Positions 26,121-38,482 of a stretch of 64,000 bases of DNA are shown here, piece by piece. Both the position numbers and the translations under genes were made by a program. The notes beneath the pieces were generated by a model. That model saw only the letters and a program-made list of their open reading frames with translations, was not told the origin of the DNA and did no database searches. Where the stretch lies: the NCBI GenBank assembly GCA_032718475.1, contig JAUCBJ010001223.1, positions 78,300-142,299 of the forward strand. The letters are read 5' to 3'. Each line of letters starts with the position of its first letter. The first letter of the stretch is position 1. Source of the stretch: Nemertoderma westbladi. Taxonomy: Eukaryota; Animalia; Xenacoelomorpha.

Positions 26121-27055
26121 GTGTATAGTCTGGTTAAATTAATTATTATTTATTTTACTTATTTGTACAACCATACCCAACCCATCTCAATTAGAGTGAA
26201 ATATAATATTAGAAATGCGATTTTAAACAACATTATTACACTCAGTATGACACGGGCATATCTGTATAGAAATCGTTATTATCTTATTACTGTAAATTTT
26301 AAACACAACTAGGTCAAATTACCGTCCGATGACACGCGAGTTTAATAATTTTTATTTTGCCTTTTTTTAACATTTTGATATTTTTTATAAGAGGTTTAAA
26401 ATTATCTTTTTGAAATTGCACCATTTGTATTCCAGCAATTCATCACATTAGCTGCGATATGTAAGACTCGTAGCGAACATGGTAGGTGATCATCACGTAG
26501 TCCCTGATCTCTGTTTTATATAATAATGACTTCAATATAATAAGCAGGGCCATCATTTAATACCCGAAGTACTTTATTTCCTTTGTTTAAATTAAAATAT
26601 TACACTGTAAAAGGGTTATCCTATACTATGTAGGCCTACTCGTTCCCACATAATGGATTACAATGTTTATAATACTCTACTGTATGTATCTCTAAGTATT
26701 AATATGTTTCACCAACATATATATATATCGACTGCAAAAATATAAATCAATGCTATCTATCCTATGGGTTAACTTTTTTCCCTAAGGAAAAAGTAATCTC
26801 TTTTCTCCCGATTTTGGGGTATATTCAGGTGAAAAATAACAATTTTAGAAAAATTAAAGTGTCTGGGAAGATCTTGTTTGGAGTAAGAACGATTTTGAGC
26901 ATTTCTTTGGTGAAATTCGCTAAATGTCTTATAATAAATAAGATTTAGAAAATGATCTATGATGATGTTAGCTACTTAATAACACGAATTATAAGCGTTT
27001 TACGTACTAAAATGTTTATTGGATTGATTTTATACTGTAGCTAGTGATTTCTATA

Positions 27056-28620
27056 CACCATGTCCCAGAATAGTGTCGTAATTCAGTGACACCCCCCCCC
27101 CCCCCCTAATTTTTCTACAAATCCTAATGAGATTGCATGAAATTTGAAACAGAGATGGTTTCACCTCCCGACCACTGACTGGGTGAGCCAGAATTTTATT
27201 TTTGCTTTCAATCTTTAGCTACAAGCGTTTAAAAAAGTGTCTCCAGCGATATTACACCAGTTACACCGCAGTTATTCTTCTACCTTATAGCTGTTTGTTG
27301 GTACCAATGGAATGCTGGTCATGCAAGGATTCTAAATATGTAACACAATTTGAATTTCGTTGAAAAATAGCTGAGATATGAGCGTTCAAATGATGCATGT
27401 ATTTAAACCTGCGCGAGGCTATTTTATTATATTTAATAAATAAACCATATTCTGGAACATTTTTTAAATGTATGATGTATTAATATCTACATAATAGTAA
27501 GATTAAGGATGTAATGCATTGTTGCCCAGCTACGTATTTGGATAAACACACGTTTATCAAAAACGGAGTCTGGGGCGCCGAGGGCGAGAAATTCATCCGC
27601 CACCTCGCGGACGCACTGGTGGTGAGGAGGGCGGGGATGAGGCAGCGGGGGTTAAGAGCAGTAGTCCTGGGGGATGTGAGAAGGCGACTGCAGTTCGCCT
27701 TATTAAGGGCGAACTCGCTGTGCCTCCGCGGTGGAAGGAGGCCCTGGAGGGGTCTTGGGTTCGGGGACGGGGCGGGAGTCAGGGATTTGGACAGGGAGAC
27801 GTACCCCTCTCCCTAACTCCCTATTAATGGAGTTAACATTAGATATGTGTACTTTTAGTTAATGGCGTAAACAGTATAGAGAGGTGTAGTAATTTTAATG
27901 GCGTAAACATAATTAGTTAATAATATTAAAAAAATAAATATAATGTGGATATTAATGGCCACATTGCAAATATTGCATTATTTCTCATTTTAAATTTATA
28001 TTTTTCTGAATCGATTACTTTAATTATTACTGTTTCTGTGCTATTTGATTACTTATTATTATAGTCTATATTACACATACAGTACATACATACATACATA
28101 CAAGATATTACACACAATGGCAGTTGTTTTTGCTATAAACGGTACCTTGCGCAGAATATCCAAAATTTAAGAATGTATTTGGATAAATAAAAAATTCCAG
28201 AATATGATGCATTTATTAAATAGAATAAAATTGCCTCGCGCCGGTGCAAAACAATGCAACATTTGAACGCTCATAGTTCAGCTATTTTTCAACGAAATTC
28301 AAATTGTGTTACATATTTAGAATCCTTGCATGACCAGATTTCTATTAGTACCATCAAATAGAGTTATAAGGTAGAAGAATAACTGTAGTGTAACTGGTGT
28401 AATATCGCTGGAGACACTTTGTAGCTAAAGCTTAGCAGCTTGTAGCTAAAGATTGAAAGCAAAAATAAAAATTCTGGCTCACCCAGTCAGTGGTCGGGAG
28501 GTGAAACTATCGCTGTTTCAAATTTCATGCAATCTCATTAAGATTTGTAGAAAAACAGGGGGGGGGGGGGGGGGTGGGGGCGTGTCACTGAATTACGACA
28601 CTATAGTCTGGGACATGGTG
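27056..28620. mobile_element. Non-autonomous Tc1/mariner-like element with ~430-bp TIRs (intronic)
   Basis: TA TSD; CACCATGTCCCAGA..GTGTCGTAATTCAGTGACAC and its reverse complement at the right end. Confidence 0.85.
27560..27816 (+). pseudogene. GC-rich 3' fragment of a second CRE-type retrotransposon inside the MITE
   Basis: GVWGAEGEKFIRHLA..RRRLQFALLRANSLCLRG matches the C-terminal pattern of CRE RLE domains. Confidence 0.7.
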
Positions 28621-28857
28621 TATATATGTAGTGATTAAAGATTATAAGGTGGTAGATATAACATTTTTATTTTATAGTTATTGTGTTACAGGTATGCTTT
28701 CGCAAAAAATGTCTCGAAATTTCATATCATTCATTACTATAGGTGGACGCAAACGTCGTATCTTTGTGAATTTTCTGACTTCTAGACTCCAGCTCCCCAA
28801 CATGCATCATTCACAACAATCACTATTAATATAGGAATAAATGTTGTTTAAAATCGC

Positions 28858-29510
28858 ACTACTACTTACTACAAGGTTGAGTGAGCCTGGACAATGGAAA
28901 TTAGATCCGTCCATAGGCTCCCTGATATCCGGGCTACACATTCCTTATGTTGGCTGCTGGGAAAGTAGATGTGGTATGACCTCATGTTTACTTCTTCAGC
29001 AGTGTCAACTGAATCTTAATCTGCATTCGTGAACAGTGCAGTGGTTGGATGCTTTTGAATGGTTCTGGATATTCAGCATTTTACTGCTATGGATGGAGTT
29101 GAATCATGCACAATATCTAAGCTATTGTTGATCTATTTGGTCGAAATCCATTATTGGTCTTATGCAGCAGTTTCTATATGTGTCGACTAAATCTATAAAG
29201 AATCATTTGTTGTATAATTTTGGCAGCTAGCACAAGGAGACTGATACCACGACATTCTTGGTATCCTGACGTCTTTTTCTGCTTTTATGCTTTAGTTGAC
29301 TTTAAGTCCAAATTGTCCAGCATTCCTGTTTTCCATACCTCTGTCTGCCTGCAGGGATTTCATCAAATCCACTCGCTTTTTGATTGGATATGCTTTTAAT
29401 GCTTCTCTGAAGTTCGACAGGTCTAAAGTCGCCTGTTTCAATGGGTACTGGCTTGTCATATATTTTTCTTGTAGGACTGAACCCCATGTTTGGTAGCTGC
29501 TTGAACAACT
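28858..29510 (-). mobile_element. Heavily deleted RTE-clade LINE fragment
   Basis: KASGFDEIPA and similarity to the element at 32361-34925; (TAG)n-like tail at ~28860. Confidence 0.75.
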
Positions 29511-29609
29511 ATTATATTTATAAATCATATATAATAATGATAAACTAAATATAAGTGTCACACATAATTTTATAATTTTCGTTAAATTAAACTAGAAAGC
29601 CAGCAAGCT

Positions 29610-30665
29610 GGCTGGAAGGAGCCCGGGGGAAAAATCCTAGCCAAGACTAATACAAAGAACTATGTCAGTCAGCAGTAAGTAAACTAAAATTGTCTAAACT
29701 GCAAGGCGTGAGGCTAGCTGACTTTGTGGCTCGCCCCACATAATAAAAAATGCAACTTAGCTACCACTAACAAAAATATAATATGAAGCAAATAATTTCA
29801 TTATCAAGAACGTTTACAAGATATAAGATGCGATTACCGAATATTTATAAAAAATGCCCATGATGCACAACCAGATAAATAACAACGAATAGAGCCAAAT
29901 AACAAATTTAGTTTCCTTCTATAGGTATTACCCCGTCGTCAAGCGGAATATCTCTTCCCAGTGAATTCTATGTGAATATGTAATATAGGTACTCCTTAGG
30001 CGGTAGGCCAGAGCGGGCTCCTTAAATACATGCAACTACTGTATTATAGTGTAGGTCAACTATAAAACATTTTGCAATCCACAGTGAGTATCGACTGCAA
30101 TAGGACACAACACACTGCTTTGTGTAACTAAAATTCATCCACCCCCTAACATAGCAGAGTGAGTAACCTTATTGTAGATATACCCTTAGGAAGCACTGGG
30201 AGAGCAATCAGCTTATGGGGTAATACATTAGAAACCAACAGCTTATGTGTGAGTAAACACAGCCTACTAGTAAAACTTGGCAACCAACACGTTTTTCTAT
30301 GACTGTGTATAACATATTAAGATATAAACATATAAACATTATAACACATTATTATTTCATCATGAACACCAGCTGTTATTTTACCATTGCTTTTAATTTC
30401 GCGACAAAACAATGTCAAAAAACTAAATATATCGAATACCACACATAGAATCGATCTGAAATTTTGTAACGCGATTATGAACCACCAAAGCAATGTACTT
30501 GCAAAATTTTATCAAAATCGCCAGGCAGGAAGTGCCTTAACCTAGATAATTATCAGTCAGTATGTCAGTCAGTATGTCAGTCAGTGTAATGTATCCTGAG
30601 ATTTTTACAGAAAGTATCCCTGAGATTCTTACAGTAAGTATCCCGCTGTCAAGCGGGCTCCTAAT
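29610..30665. mobile_element. Probable Helentron/DINE-like non-autonomous element(s)
   Basis: Short inverted motifs AGGAGCCCG / CGGGCTCCT (29618, 30015, 30654), (TCAG)n microsatellite 30553-30585, terminal hairpin CCCGCTGTCAAGCGGG. Confidence 0.45.
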
Positions 30666-30710
30666 TAATTTGCCCCATGGGCAGATGATTACGGGTTATT
30701 GAACTTTCAG

Positions 30711-30858
30711 GTCAATGTTTGGTCTTCTGTGATTTTATAACTCCAATAGTGGATAAAGCTGTTGCCAAACAGTGCAGTATCCCCAATCTAGGGGACCACG
30801 ATTTCCGAGTTACCAGATCAGTGATTGTATCCGGACAATTCTCATGGCGATTCTTTAG
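30711..30858 (+). CDS. Exon 3 of the beta/gamma-crystallin-domain gene
   Basis: CTTTCAG acceptor, phase-1 compatible; GQCLVFCD..IPNLGDHDFRVTRSVIVSGQFSWRFFR; GTATTG donor (phase 2). Confidence 0.72.
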
Positions 30859-31910
30859 GTATTGTATACGATATTTGCTATTAATTTATTGACTTTACTG
30901 CGATTGATTGGCTTTTATAAATTAGGCATGATAATATAGTATAGCTATAATAAAATCGACAATTATTTACACAATTCATTTAGTTTATGTTCACTTTAAA
31001 GATAAAATCCAGACAAATAAAAAAATCATACCCCATCACACAGGGTTCCATTGTTCCATGGACTGGAAGTAAACTCACAACATCAACAAACCCAAACCCC
31101 GTTGCTACTATGGGCCGCATTTTTGTCGACATTTCGGCCCTCATTTCGTCTTTTTTGGGACAGAAAATCAAACCAATCCTAAAAGATAGACAAAACAATT
31201 ACCCCAAAGAAAATATAATTATTTTTAATTTGGACCTCCAGAACCGAGGTTACATCAAAATCCGAGAAAACGGGTTTTGAAAAAAATCTATAATTTCAAG
31301 TTTCAGGATTGATTTCAAGTCTAAGTCTTATGTACAGTACATTACTGCTAGTTAATGTTAGATAGGTTACCGCTTTAAAGATTTAAATATTATTGTGCAA
31401 CTTATTTCAAACATTTGTAACTCAGGTTCTCTGGGCCCTTTGACCTGAATGTTTTAGCAATCGATACAGAATACAGATCGTAGTATGTTAAGTCAAAATT
31501 GTACTGTTGCAAAAATAAGTGCAAATGTTGTGCATTAATGCTAAATTCTAGGCCTACGATTCTAAAAAGGCAAATTTTCATTTCCGTTCTGACTCTTTTA
31601 GTGATTTGTATTTAATCTTAATATATTATATATCGACAGAAGATAAGCGATATGCGTTAAATAGGAACCATCTTGATTCAGCACCACCTTAGTGCAATTG
31701 GTAGTACAATTTTGGATTTTGGAATTTTGGAATTCTGTCAAAAACAATCTAAATAAAATCTCATCAATCATACCCAAGGTAAAATTCCTAGACATTCTGA
31801 CCAAACTGTTTTCAGATCCACTAAAATCTATTTAAATCATTTATATAAATTACATTTCTGTGTATCAGTCTGGTAGTTGAATGTAATATACGTATTCAAT
31901 GTAATTACAG

Positions 31911-32032
31911 AGGCCCTCAATACTCGTCAACACCCTCTGTATCATTGGAGCCAGGTTTCTACGGAGAAAAGTTGGGGATCGATGTTATATCATCGTTGCA
32001 AATTATATGTGAGAAAAAAAGAAAAGTTCCGG
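31911..32032 (+). CDS. Exon 4 of the beta/gamma-crystallin-domain gene (gene continues downstream)
   Basis: TTACAG acceptor, phase-2 compatible; GPQYSS..LEPGFY..DVISSLQII; GTGAGT donor at 32033. Confidence 0.72.
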
Positions 32033-32360
32033 GTGAGTCACATTACCATATAAGGTTAAAGTATATAGGCCTACACATAACGGTATATACTGTATTTAGA
32101 AAGATGTAGCGATACGCCCCGTACACCTTCTGCTGGAATATAAGGTTGTTATTCAAGTACCTGAACCCCCCCCCCCCCCCCCATTTTCTACAAATCGATT
32201 GCCTGAAAATTGAAGCAGATATAAATTCACCAGCCTTACCCTAATGTAAGGGTGGTAGCACCCCTATGTTTTTTAATATTTGTATATGTCTCCAATGTAG
32301 TCAACAATTTTAATAAGTCAGTAAAGGCTTGTCATCTATAAATGTTTAGGTTAGAGTATT

Positions 32361-34925
32361 TACTACTACTAGGTCGAGCGAACTCGGACAGTGGAAATGA
32401 GATCCTTCCAGGCTTCCCGATTCTCCATAGTTGTCGCAATTTCGTTTCTCCTAAGTTCAGTATCCCTTTCAAGTTGATATATATATGTTATGGCCGGTCG
32501 TCCACGACTACGCTTTCCATGAGTTGGTTGCCAGAAAAGTAGATCTGGTATGACCTCGTCTTTACTTTGCCAGCAGTGCCCACTGAATCTTAATCTGCGT
32601 TCACGGAGGGTGGTTGATACAGGTGGTATTGTACCATAAAGCTCGGCGTTTGTCATGTGTTGTCTCCAGCTGATGTTTAGGGCTGCCCTTAGTAGTCTTG
32701 TGTAGCAACCATCAATTCGTTGTTCAAGTGATTTGGTCAGTGTCCAGGTCTCACCCCCGTATAAAAATACACTTTCCACTGTGGCTCGAAAGAACTTAGT
32801 CTTCAGGTGCCTGGAGAGATCTGATTTCCAGATGGTTTCCATTTTTGATAGAGCTACCCAAGCCTTTGCTTTCCTAACTTCTATGTCCTTTTTGCTACTC
32901 TCTATCCATGATCCAAGGTACTGGAAGTCATCGACCTTCCTTAGTTGATTATTATCAATGGTTGTCAAGTTCCCATCAACATTAAAGGTCATGAATTCGG
33001 TCTTTGTAGCATTTATATGCAATTCAACCTCCTTAGCAGCCCTCTCCACTTTATTTAGTAGAAGCTGTGCATCTGCTAGGGTATTAGAGAGCAGGGTGAT
33101 GTCATCCGCAAAGTTGGTGTCTGTGACTGTAGTTGCCGGATATCTACTACTTCTGCGTTCTTGAAGTGTGAATCTCAGATTTTCACCCTTTGTGGCCGTC
33201 CTCATAGCGTAATCCAGCACAATTACAAATAGTAATGGTGCTAATGTGTCACCTTGCAGTACGCCAGCCAGGATTGAGAAAAACTCAGTTTCACCATCTG
33301 GTGAGAGTACCTGCGCTTCTGTGTCACAATATAACAATCCAATGCAAGCAACAATTACTTGTAATTGCTGGTACAATTACTGGTATTCCATAAGCTCTTA
33401 GGATTTCAAGTATTTTACCTCTATGGATGGAGTCGAATGCCTTCTTGAAGTCCACAAAAGTCATGACTGCAGGGAGATTCTTTGACTTAATTCCATCAAT
33501 CAGTCTCCGTAGTGCAAGTATCTGATCTATTGTTGATCTACTTGGTCGAAATCCGTTTTAGCTCTTACGCAGTAGTTTCTCTATGTGAGGCCTAATCCTA
33601 TACAGAATCATTTTATTGTATATTTTGGCAGCTACCACAAGCAGACAGATCCCACGATAGTTTGTTGGTATGCCGAGGTCTCCTTTCTTGGGGAGAGGCT
33701 TTAGTTGACCTTTAGTCCAAATTGGTGGTGGCTTTTCCCCTTTTAACATCCGGTTGCAAACATTCAATAATGGTCTGTTTAGCACTCCGGTTTTCCATAC
33801 CTCCGCTGGGATTTCATCTAATCCACTCGCTTTATTATTGGACATGCTTTTAATGCTTCTTTGGAGTTCGGCAGGTGTGAAGTCCCCTGTTTCTATAGGT
33901 AGTGTCTTGTCATATATTTTCCTTGTAGGGCTGACCTCGATGTTTGGTGGCTGCCCAAGCAAGTTGCTGAAGTGATTTTTCCACTTCCCAACACGTTCTT
34001 CAGGACTATCGGCTTTGAGGCGCCCCTTTGCACAACTTTTCCGACCAGATACCTCATTTACAGTTTGCCAGGTAAGTCTTGATTGTTGCTGTATGTGAGC
34101 AGTTGTAATTGCTTCAGTTTTATCCTATATATACTTTTCCTGGCTGATGTTGTAGGCCAATTTAAGATCGTCCTTAGCTTTCTCAACCTTGTTAATGTTT
34201 TCAGTTGTTGGTTGTTCGGTTTTAACTTTGTAGGCTATCTTAAGATCTTCTCTCTTACAAGTAACATCAGAGTTTTGCCATGGCACATACTGTTTTCGTT
34301 TAGGTTTCTGGGGGATATGCCTCTTAGCTGATTCCTTGTGGGCTGTTATTATATTCTGGTATATTGAATCGGTGGATTGGTCTTCATCCATTGACTGAAG
34401 TGCTTCAAAGCGGTTTTGAACTTCTACTGTGTAAGTATCCTTTACAGCATTGTCAGCTCTGAGTTTCTCCCAGTCATAGTTGATTTGCTTGCTTTTCCTG
34501 GGTTTGCTGGCTCTCAAACTGAGTCTTATCTCTGCAGTCAAAACTTGACTGCTTGTTCTGGCTCTGAGGCATTGGTTGGACTGTAGCAACATATAACTGT
34601 TGCCTTGGGATTCCCATCAAATGTTGCGATCATAACCCTGGAATTTATAGATTCGATGTTGTTTAGGGTCTTAATTGCAAATGGGCTTAGCAGAATTCCT
34701 ACTCCACCAATTGATGCATTGGCCGAGTTTCTTACTGCTGAGCTTGTTACTAACGTCCATCCATTTCCAATGTCATTGTACTTCATGGCAGTGTCTTCAT
34801 GACAAATCCGATGTTCTTGGATGCAGATGATGTCGATGTTATATTCCATTGCCAGAGCGACCATGTCACCCTATTTGGTATGTGCTTTCAGCGTGCGTGC
34901 ATTCATTGTAGCAATCTTTACATTT
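32361..34925 (-). mobile_element. RTE-clade LINE (APE plus RT), degenerate with an internal APE deletion
   Basis: ATMNARTL, ICIQEHR, GGVGILL, CYSPT; KASGLDEIP, NYRGICLL, FVDFKKAFDS, GVLQGDTLAP, FADD, FQYLGS; (TAG)n tail at 32361-32371. Confidence 0.92.
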
Positions 34926-34934
34926 CAACAGAGG

Positions 34935-36079
34935 TCACTTCCCTCACTCACTCCCTCACTTCCCTCACTTCCCTCACTTCCCTCACTTCCCTCACTTCCC
35001 TCACTTCCCTCACTTCCCTCACTTCCCTCACTTCCCTCACTCACTCCCTCACTTCCCTCACTCACTCCCTCACTTCCCTCACTTCCCTCACTTCCCTCAC
35101 TTCCCTCACTCACTTCCCTCACTTCCCTCACTTCCCTCACTTCCCTCACTTCCCTCACTTCCCTCACTCACTCCCTCACTTCCCTCACTTCCCTCACTTC
35201 CCTCACTTCCCTCACTTCCCTCACTCACTCCCTCACTTCCCTCACTTCCCTCACTTCCCTCACTTCCCTCACTCACTCCCTCACTTCCCTCACTTCCCTC
35301 ACTCACTCCCTCACTCACTCCCTCACTTCCCTCACTTCCCTCACTTCCCTCACTTCCCTCACTTCCCTCACTTCCCTCACTCACTCCCTCACTTCCCTCA
35401 CTCACTCCCTCACTTCCCTCACTTCCCTCACTTCCCTCACTTCCCTCACTCACTTCCCTCACTTCCCTCACTTCCCTCACTTCCCTCACTTCCCTCACTT
35501 CCCTCACTTCCCTCACTCACTCCCTCACTTCCCTCACTTCCCTCACTTCCCTCACTCACTCCCTCACTCACTCCCTCACTTCCCTCACTTCCCTCACTTC
35601 CCTCACTTCCCTCACTCACTCCCTCACTCACTCCCTCACTTCCCTCACTTCCCTCACTTCCCTCACTTCCCTCACTTCCCTCACTTCCCTCACTTCCCTC
35701 ACTTCCCTCACTTCCCTCACTTCCCTCACTTCCCTCACTCACTCCCTCACTTCCCTCACTTCCCTCACTTCCCTCACTTCCCTCACTTCCCTCACTTCCC
35801 TCACTTCCCTCACTGCCTCACTTCCCTCACTTCCCTCACTTCCCTCACTTCCCTCACTTCCCTCACTTCCCTCACTTCCCTCACTTCCCTCACTTCCCTC
35901 ACTTCCCTCACTCACTCCCTCACTTCCCTCACTTCCCTCACTTCCCTCATTTCCCTCACTTCCCTCACTTCCCTCACTTCCCTCATTTCCCTCACTTCCC
36001 TCACTCACTCCCTCACTCACTCCCTCACTTCCCTCACTCACTCCCTCACTTCCCTCACTTCCCTCACTTCCCTCACTTC
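34935..36079. repeat. ~1.15-kb 9-bp minisatellite (TTCCCTCAC)n with CACT-insert variants
   Basis: Directly visible tandem array. Confidence 0.97.
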
Positions 36080-36451
36080 TGTATACTAGCTTTGACTCTC
36101 CCAGCTATAGTGATAGTATGCAACCTTGGGAGTTAATGTGCGGTCTTACGAGTAAATGTCAAGAGATTAGACTTCATGTTGCCTCCATTGATTCACTCTT
36201 CTTAACTTTATAAAATAACTCCACCCTTATTTAAAGTTTTAAAAATTATGACTTAGTCGACTAATTTTCCAAAATATATTATAAAAACATATAATTTCTT
36301 GAATAAATAGACCTAATAGTAATAAATATTGTTGGCAAATACATTTATAATACTAATATAATAATTAGGGATAAATAATCCTAATACTAATATAAATGTT
36401 ATGGATAAATAGTCCTAATACTATTATGAAAGGAACTCAAACAAACAAATG

Positions 36452-37393
36452 TCAATAGCGTCGTCCTGCGCGAGCAAATACTGTACGAGAGTTTGATGTT
36501 ATAGGTCTTCGAAAATAAGTAAAAGCTGGTTGATTTTCTTTAATTTCATCTTCCTCATTAACCAACTGTTTCTTAATTTCATTCAATTGTTCATTCATTT
36601 TCAGTAATTTACTTTTATTTCCCAGAACCTGTCTTAATATCTCTTCTCTATTTTCCTCATTTTCTTCCATTTGTTTAATAAATTTCCGTATTTGATTTTT
36701 GTTTTGATTTTCATCATTCTCTTCTAAATGTTTAATAATTTTCCGCAATTTATTCTTATTTCCAAGTAATTGTCTCAATATTTCCTTATTATTATCATTT
36801 TCATCATCTTCTTCACTTTCCTGACCTTCACTTTCTTCGTCCTCTCCATGACCTTCACTTTCTTCATCCTCTTTCTGACCTTCACTTTCGTCATCCTCTT
36901 CCCCGCCTTCACTTTCTTCATCGTCTTCCTGACCTTCGCTTTCTTCATTCTCTTCCTGACCTTCGCTATCTTCACCCTCTTCCTGACCTTCACTTTCTTC
37001 GTCATCTTCCTGACCTTCACTCACTTCGTTCTCAACCTCACTCTCTTCAACTTCATCCTGACCCTCACTATTTTCATTCTCCATCTCATCGTCCTCTTCT
37101 TCTTCACTTTCCTCACTCAAATTTTCATCATTTTCTAGGGGTAACTGTTTTTGTATCCTTTTCAAAATATTCATAACTTTATGAAATTTATTTTCCGTTG
37201 TCTGTTTTATCTTTAATATATCACGCTCAACTCTCTTTTTCTTTTCATCTTCACTAAAAATATCTTCGGATTTTTTAAATTTCTTTGGTAATGGATCCAT
37301 TAGTTTATCCTTTCTATGTCTTTCCATGTGACGAGATAGATTGTCTTGTCTCATTTCTTTATTACAAACCAAACATTTTTCATAACTAGGCAT
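36452..37393 (-). CDS. Orphan 313-aa protein: N-terminal C2H2 zinc finger, basic stretch, acidic (ESEGQE)n repeats, coiled coil
   Basis: CLVCNKEMRQDNLSRHMERH; uninterrupted intronless ORF in AT-rich DNA; upstream TATA+Inr. Confidence 0.7.
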   Translation of the reverse strand: MPSYEKCLVCNKEMRQDNLSRHMERHRKDKLMDPLPKKFKKSEDIFSEDEKKKRVERDILKIKQTTENKFHKVMNILKRIQKQLPLENDENLSEESEEEEDDEMENENSEGQDEVEESEVENEVSEGQEDDEESEGQEEGEDSEGQEENEESEGQEDDEESEGGEEDDESEGQKEDEESEGHGEDEESEGQESEEDDENDNNKEILRQLLGNKNKLRKIIKHLEENDENQNKNQIRKFIKQMEENEENREEILRQVLGNKSKLLKMNEQLNEIKKQLVNEEDEIKENQPAFTYFRRPITSNSRTVFARAGRRY

Positions 37394-37504
37394 TATATAG
37401 CAATGTCAATTGATATTATGAGTTTTCGATAAATGATTTTACATAATTTTAAATAAATAAAACTTTTATGAAAATAAATAAAACTTTTAAAAATAAAAAT
37501 TAGA

Positions 37505-37540
37505 GAATGAATGGGAATGCGGTGACTGGGGGCTTTTATA
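37505..37540 (-). promoter_or_regulatory. Putative core promoter for 36452-37393
   Basis: Minus strand TATAAAAG (37540-37533) with a CATTCATTC initiator-like motif ~30 nt downstream. Confidence 0.5.
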
Positions 37541-38089
37541 GAGGGAGGTTAGAATGGAGTTGTGAAAGAAGAATAATCTATTGCAAGAGCAGATGTTTAT
37601 TATAATTTCTTGGACGAATTGATGTAATAACGAAGCTGAAGGTTTGAATAATTAAAGCTCTGTGGCATGCCCCATTCACGCAGGCCCCATTCACGCATTG
37701 ATGTTTGGGTTAGTCATGCTACAGTTAATAAGAGCCCAAACAGCCACAGATTATTGAGGGATGACTCAGGGCCAAACTGGGCCGCACAGTGCCTATTGTA
37801 TTGTATATTTCGTTTGTTATAGTACAATTTATTCATCTCGCGTCCCTATCTGATTGATTTGTATCAAATTAAATTGCCTTTGGCAACATTATTTGATACA
37901 AATCGATTGATTAAACAATTAATTAATTGTTTAATCGACCAATTAATTAATTGATTAATTAATTAATGACCTACTTAACACCCAAGGTGTGAAGTGGGTC
38001 TCAACTGTCGCCGAAGTAGGGTAAACCATTACTACTTACGCTATTATAGCATTAGATACTAGGCCACTTCACCGATCACCCCAAGCATG

Positions 38090-38482
38090 TTCTTGTTCTG
38101 ATGAGCCAGCTGGAGATTAAACATGGATGTTTAAGCATGAAGGATGTATAAGCATGGATGTTTAAGCATCCAAGCATCCTCATTGGTTCCCCCAAGCTTG
38201 ACACTAGAACAAAATCGCCTCCGCTTTGCAGGACATTGCTTTCGCCGTGAGGACCAGCCAGTGCATAATCTTGTACTTTGGCAGCCTCATGGAGTGAATA
38301 AGCATGGTGGACAGCCCATGACTTTCTTGAGACGCATCTTAAAGGACACTGGCTTTGAAGATGCGGATGATCTAGCAAATGTCATGGGTGATAGGGAGTT
38401 GTGGCGGTGCAATTTTGTTGACAAGCCGGCACAGAAAATGCAGCTGCAATGCAGCATGCCGATCCTAGTAGTAGTAGTAGTA
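38090..38482 (+). mobile_element. 3' fragment of an RTE-clade LINE
   Basis: RLRFAGHCFR..LVLWQP..DRELWR; (TAG)n tail 38466-38482. Confidence 0.8.

Noticed and set aside
34799-36136. ORFs of 445 and 422 aa (PHF/SLP/SLT repeats) and their antisense ORFs
   Set aside because: They are artefacts of the 9-bp minisatellite.
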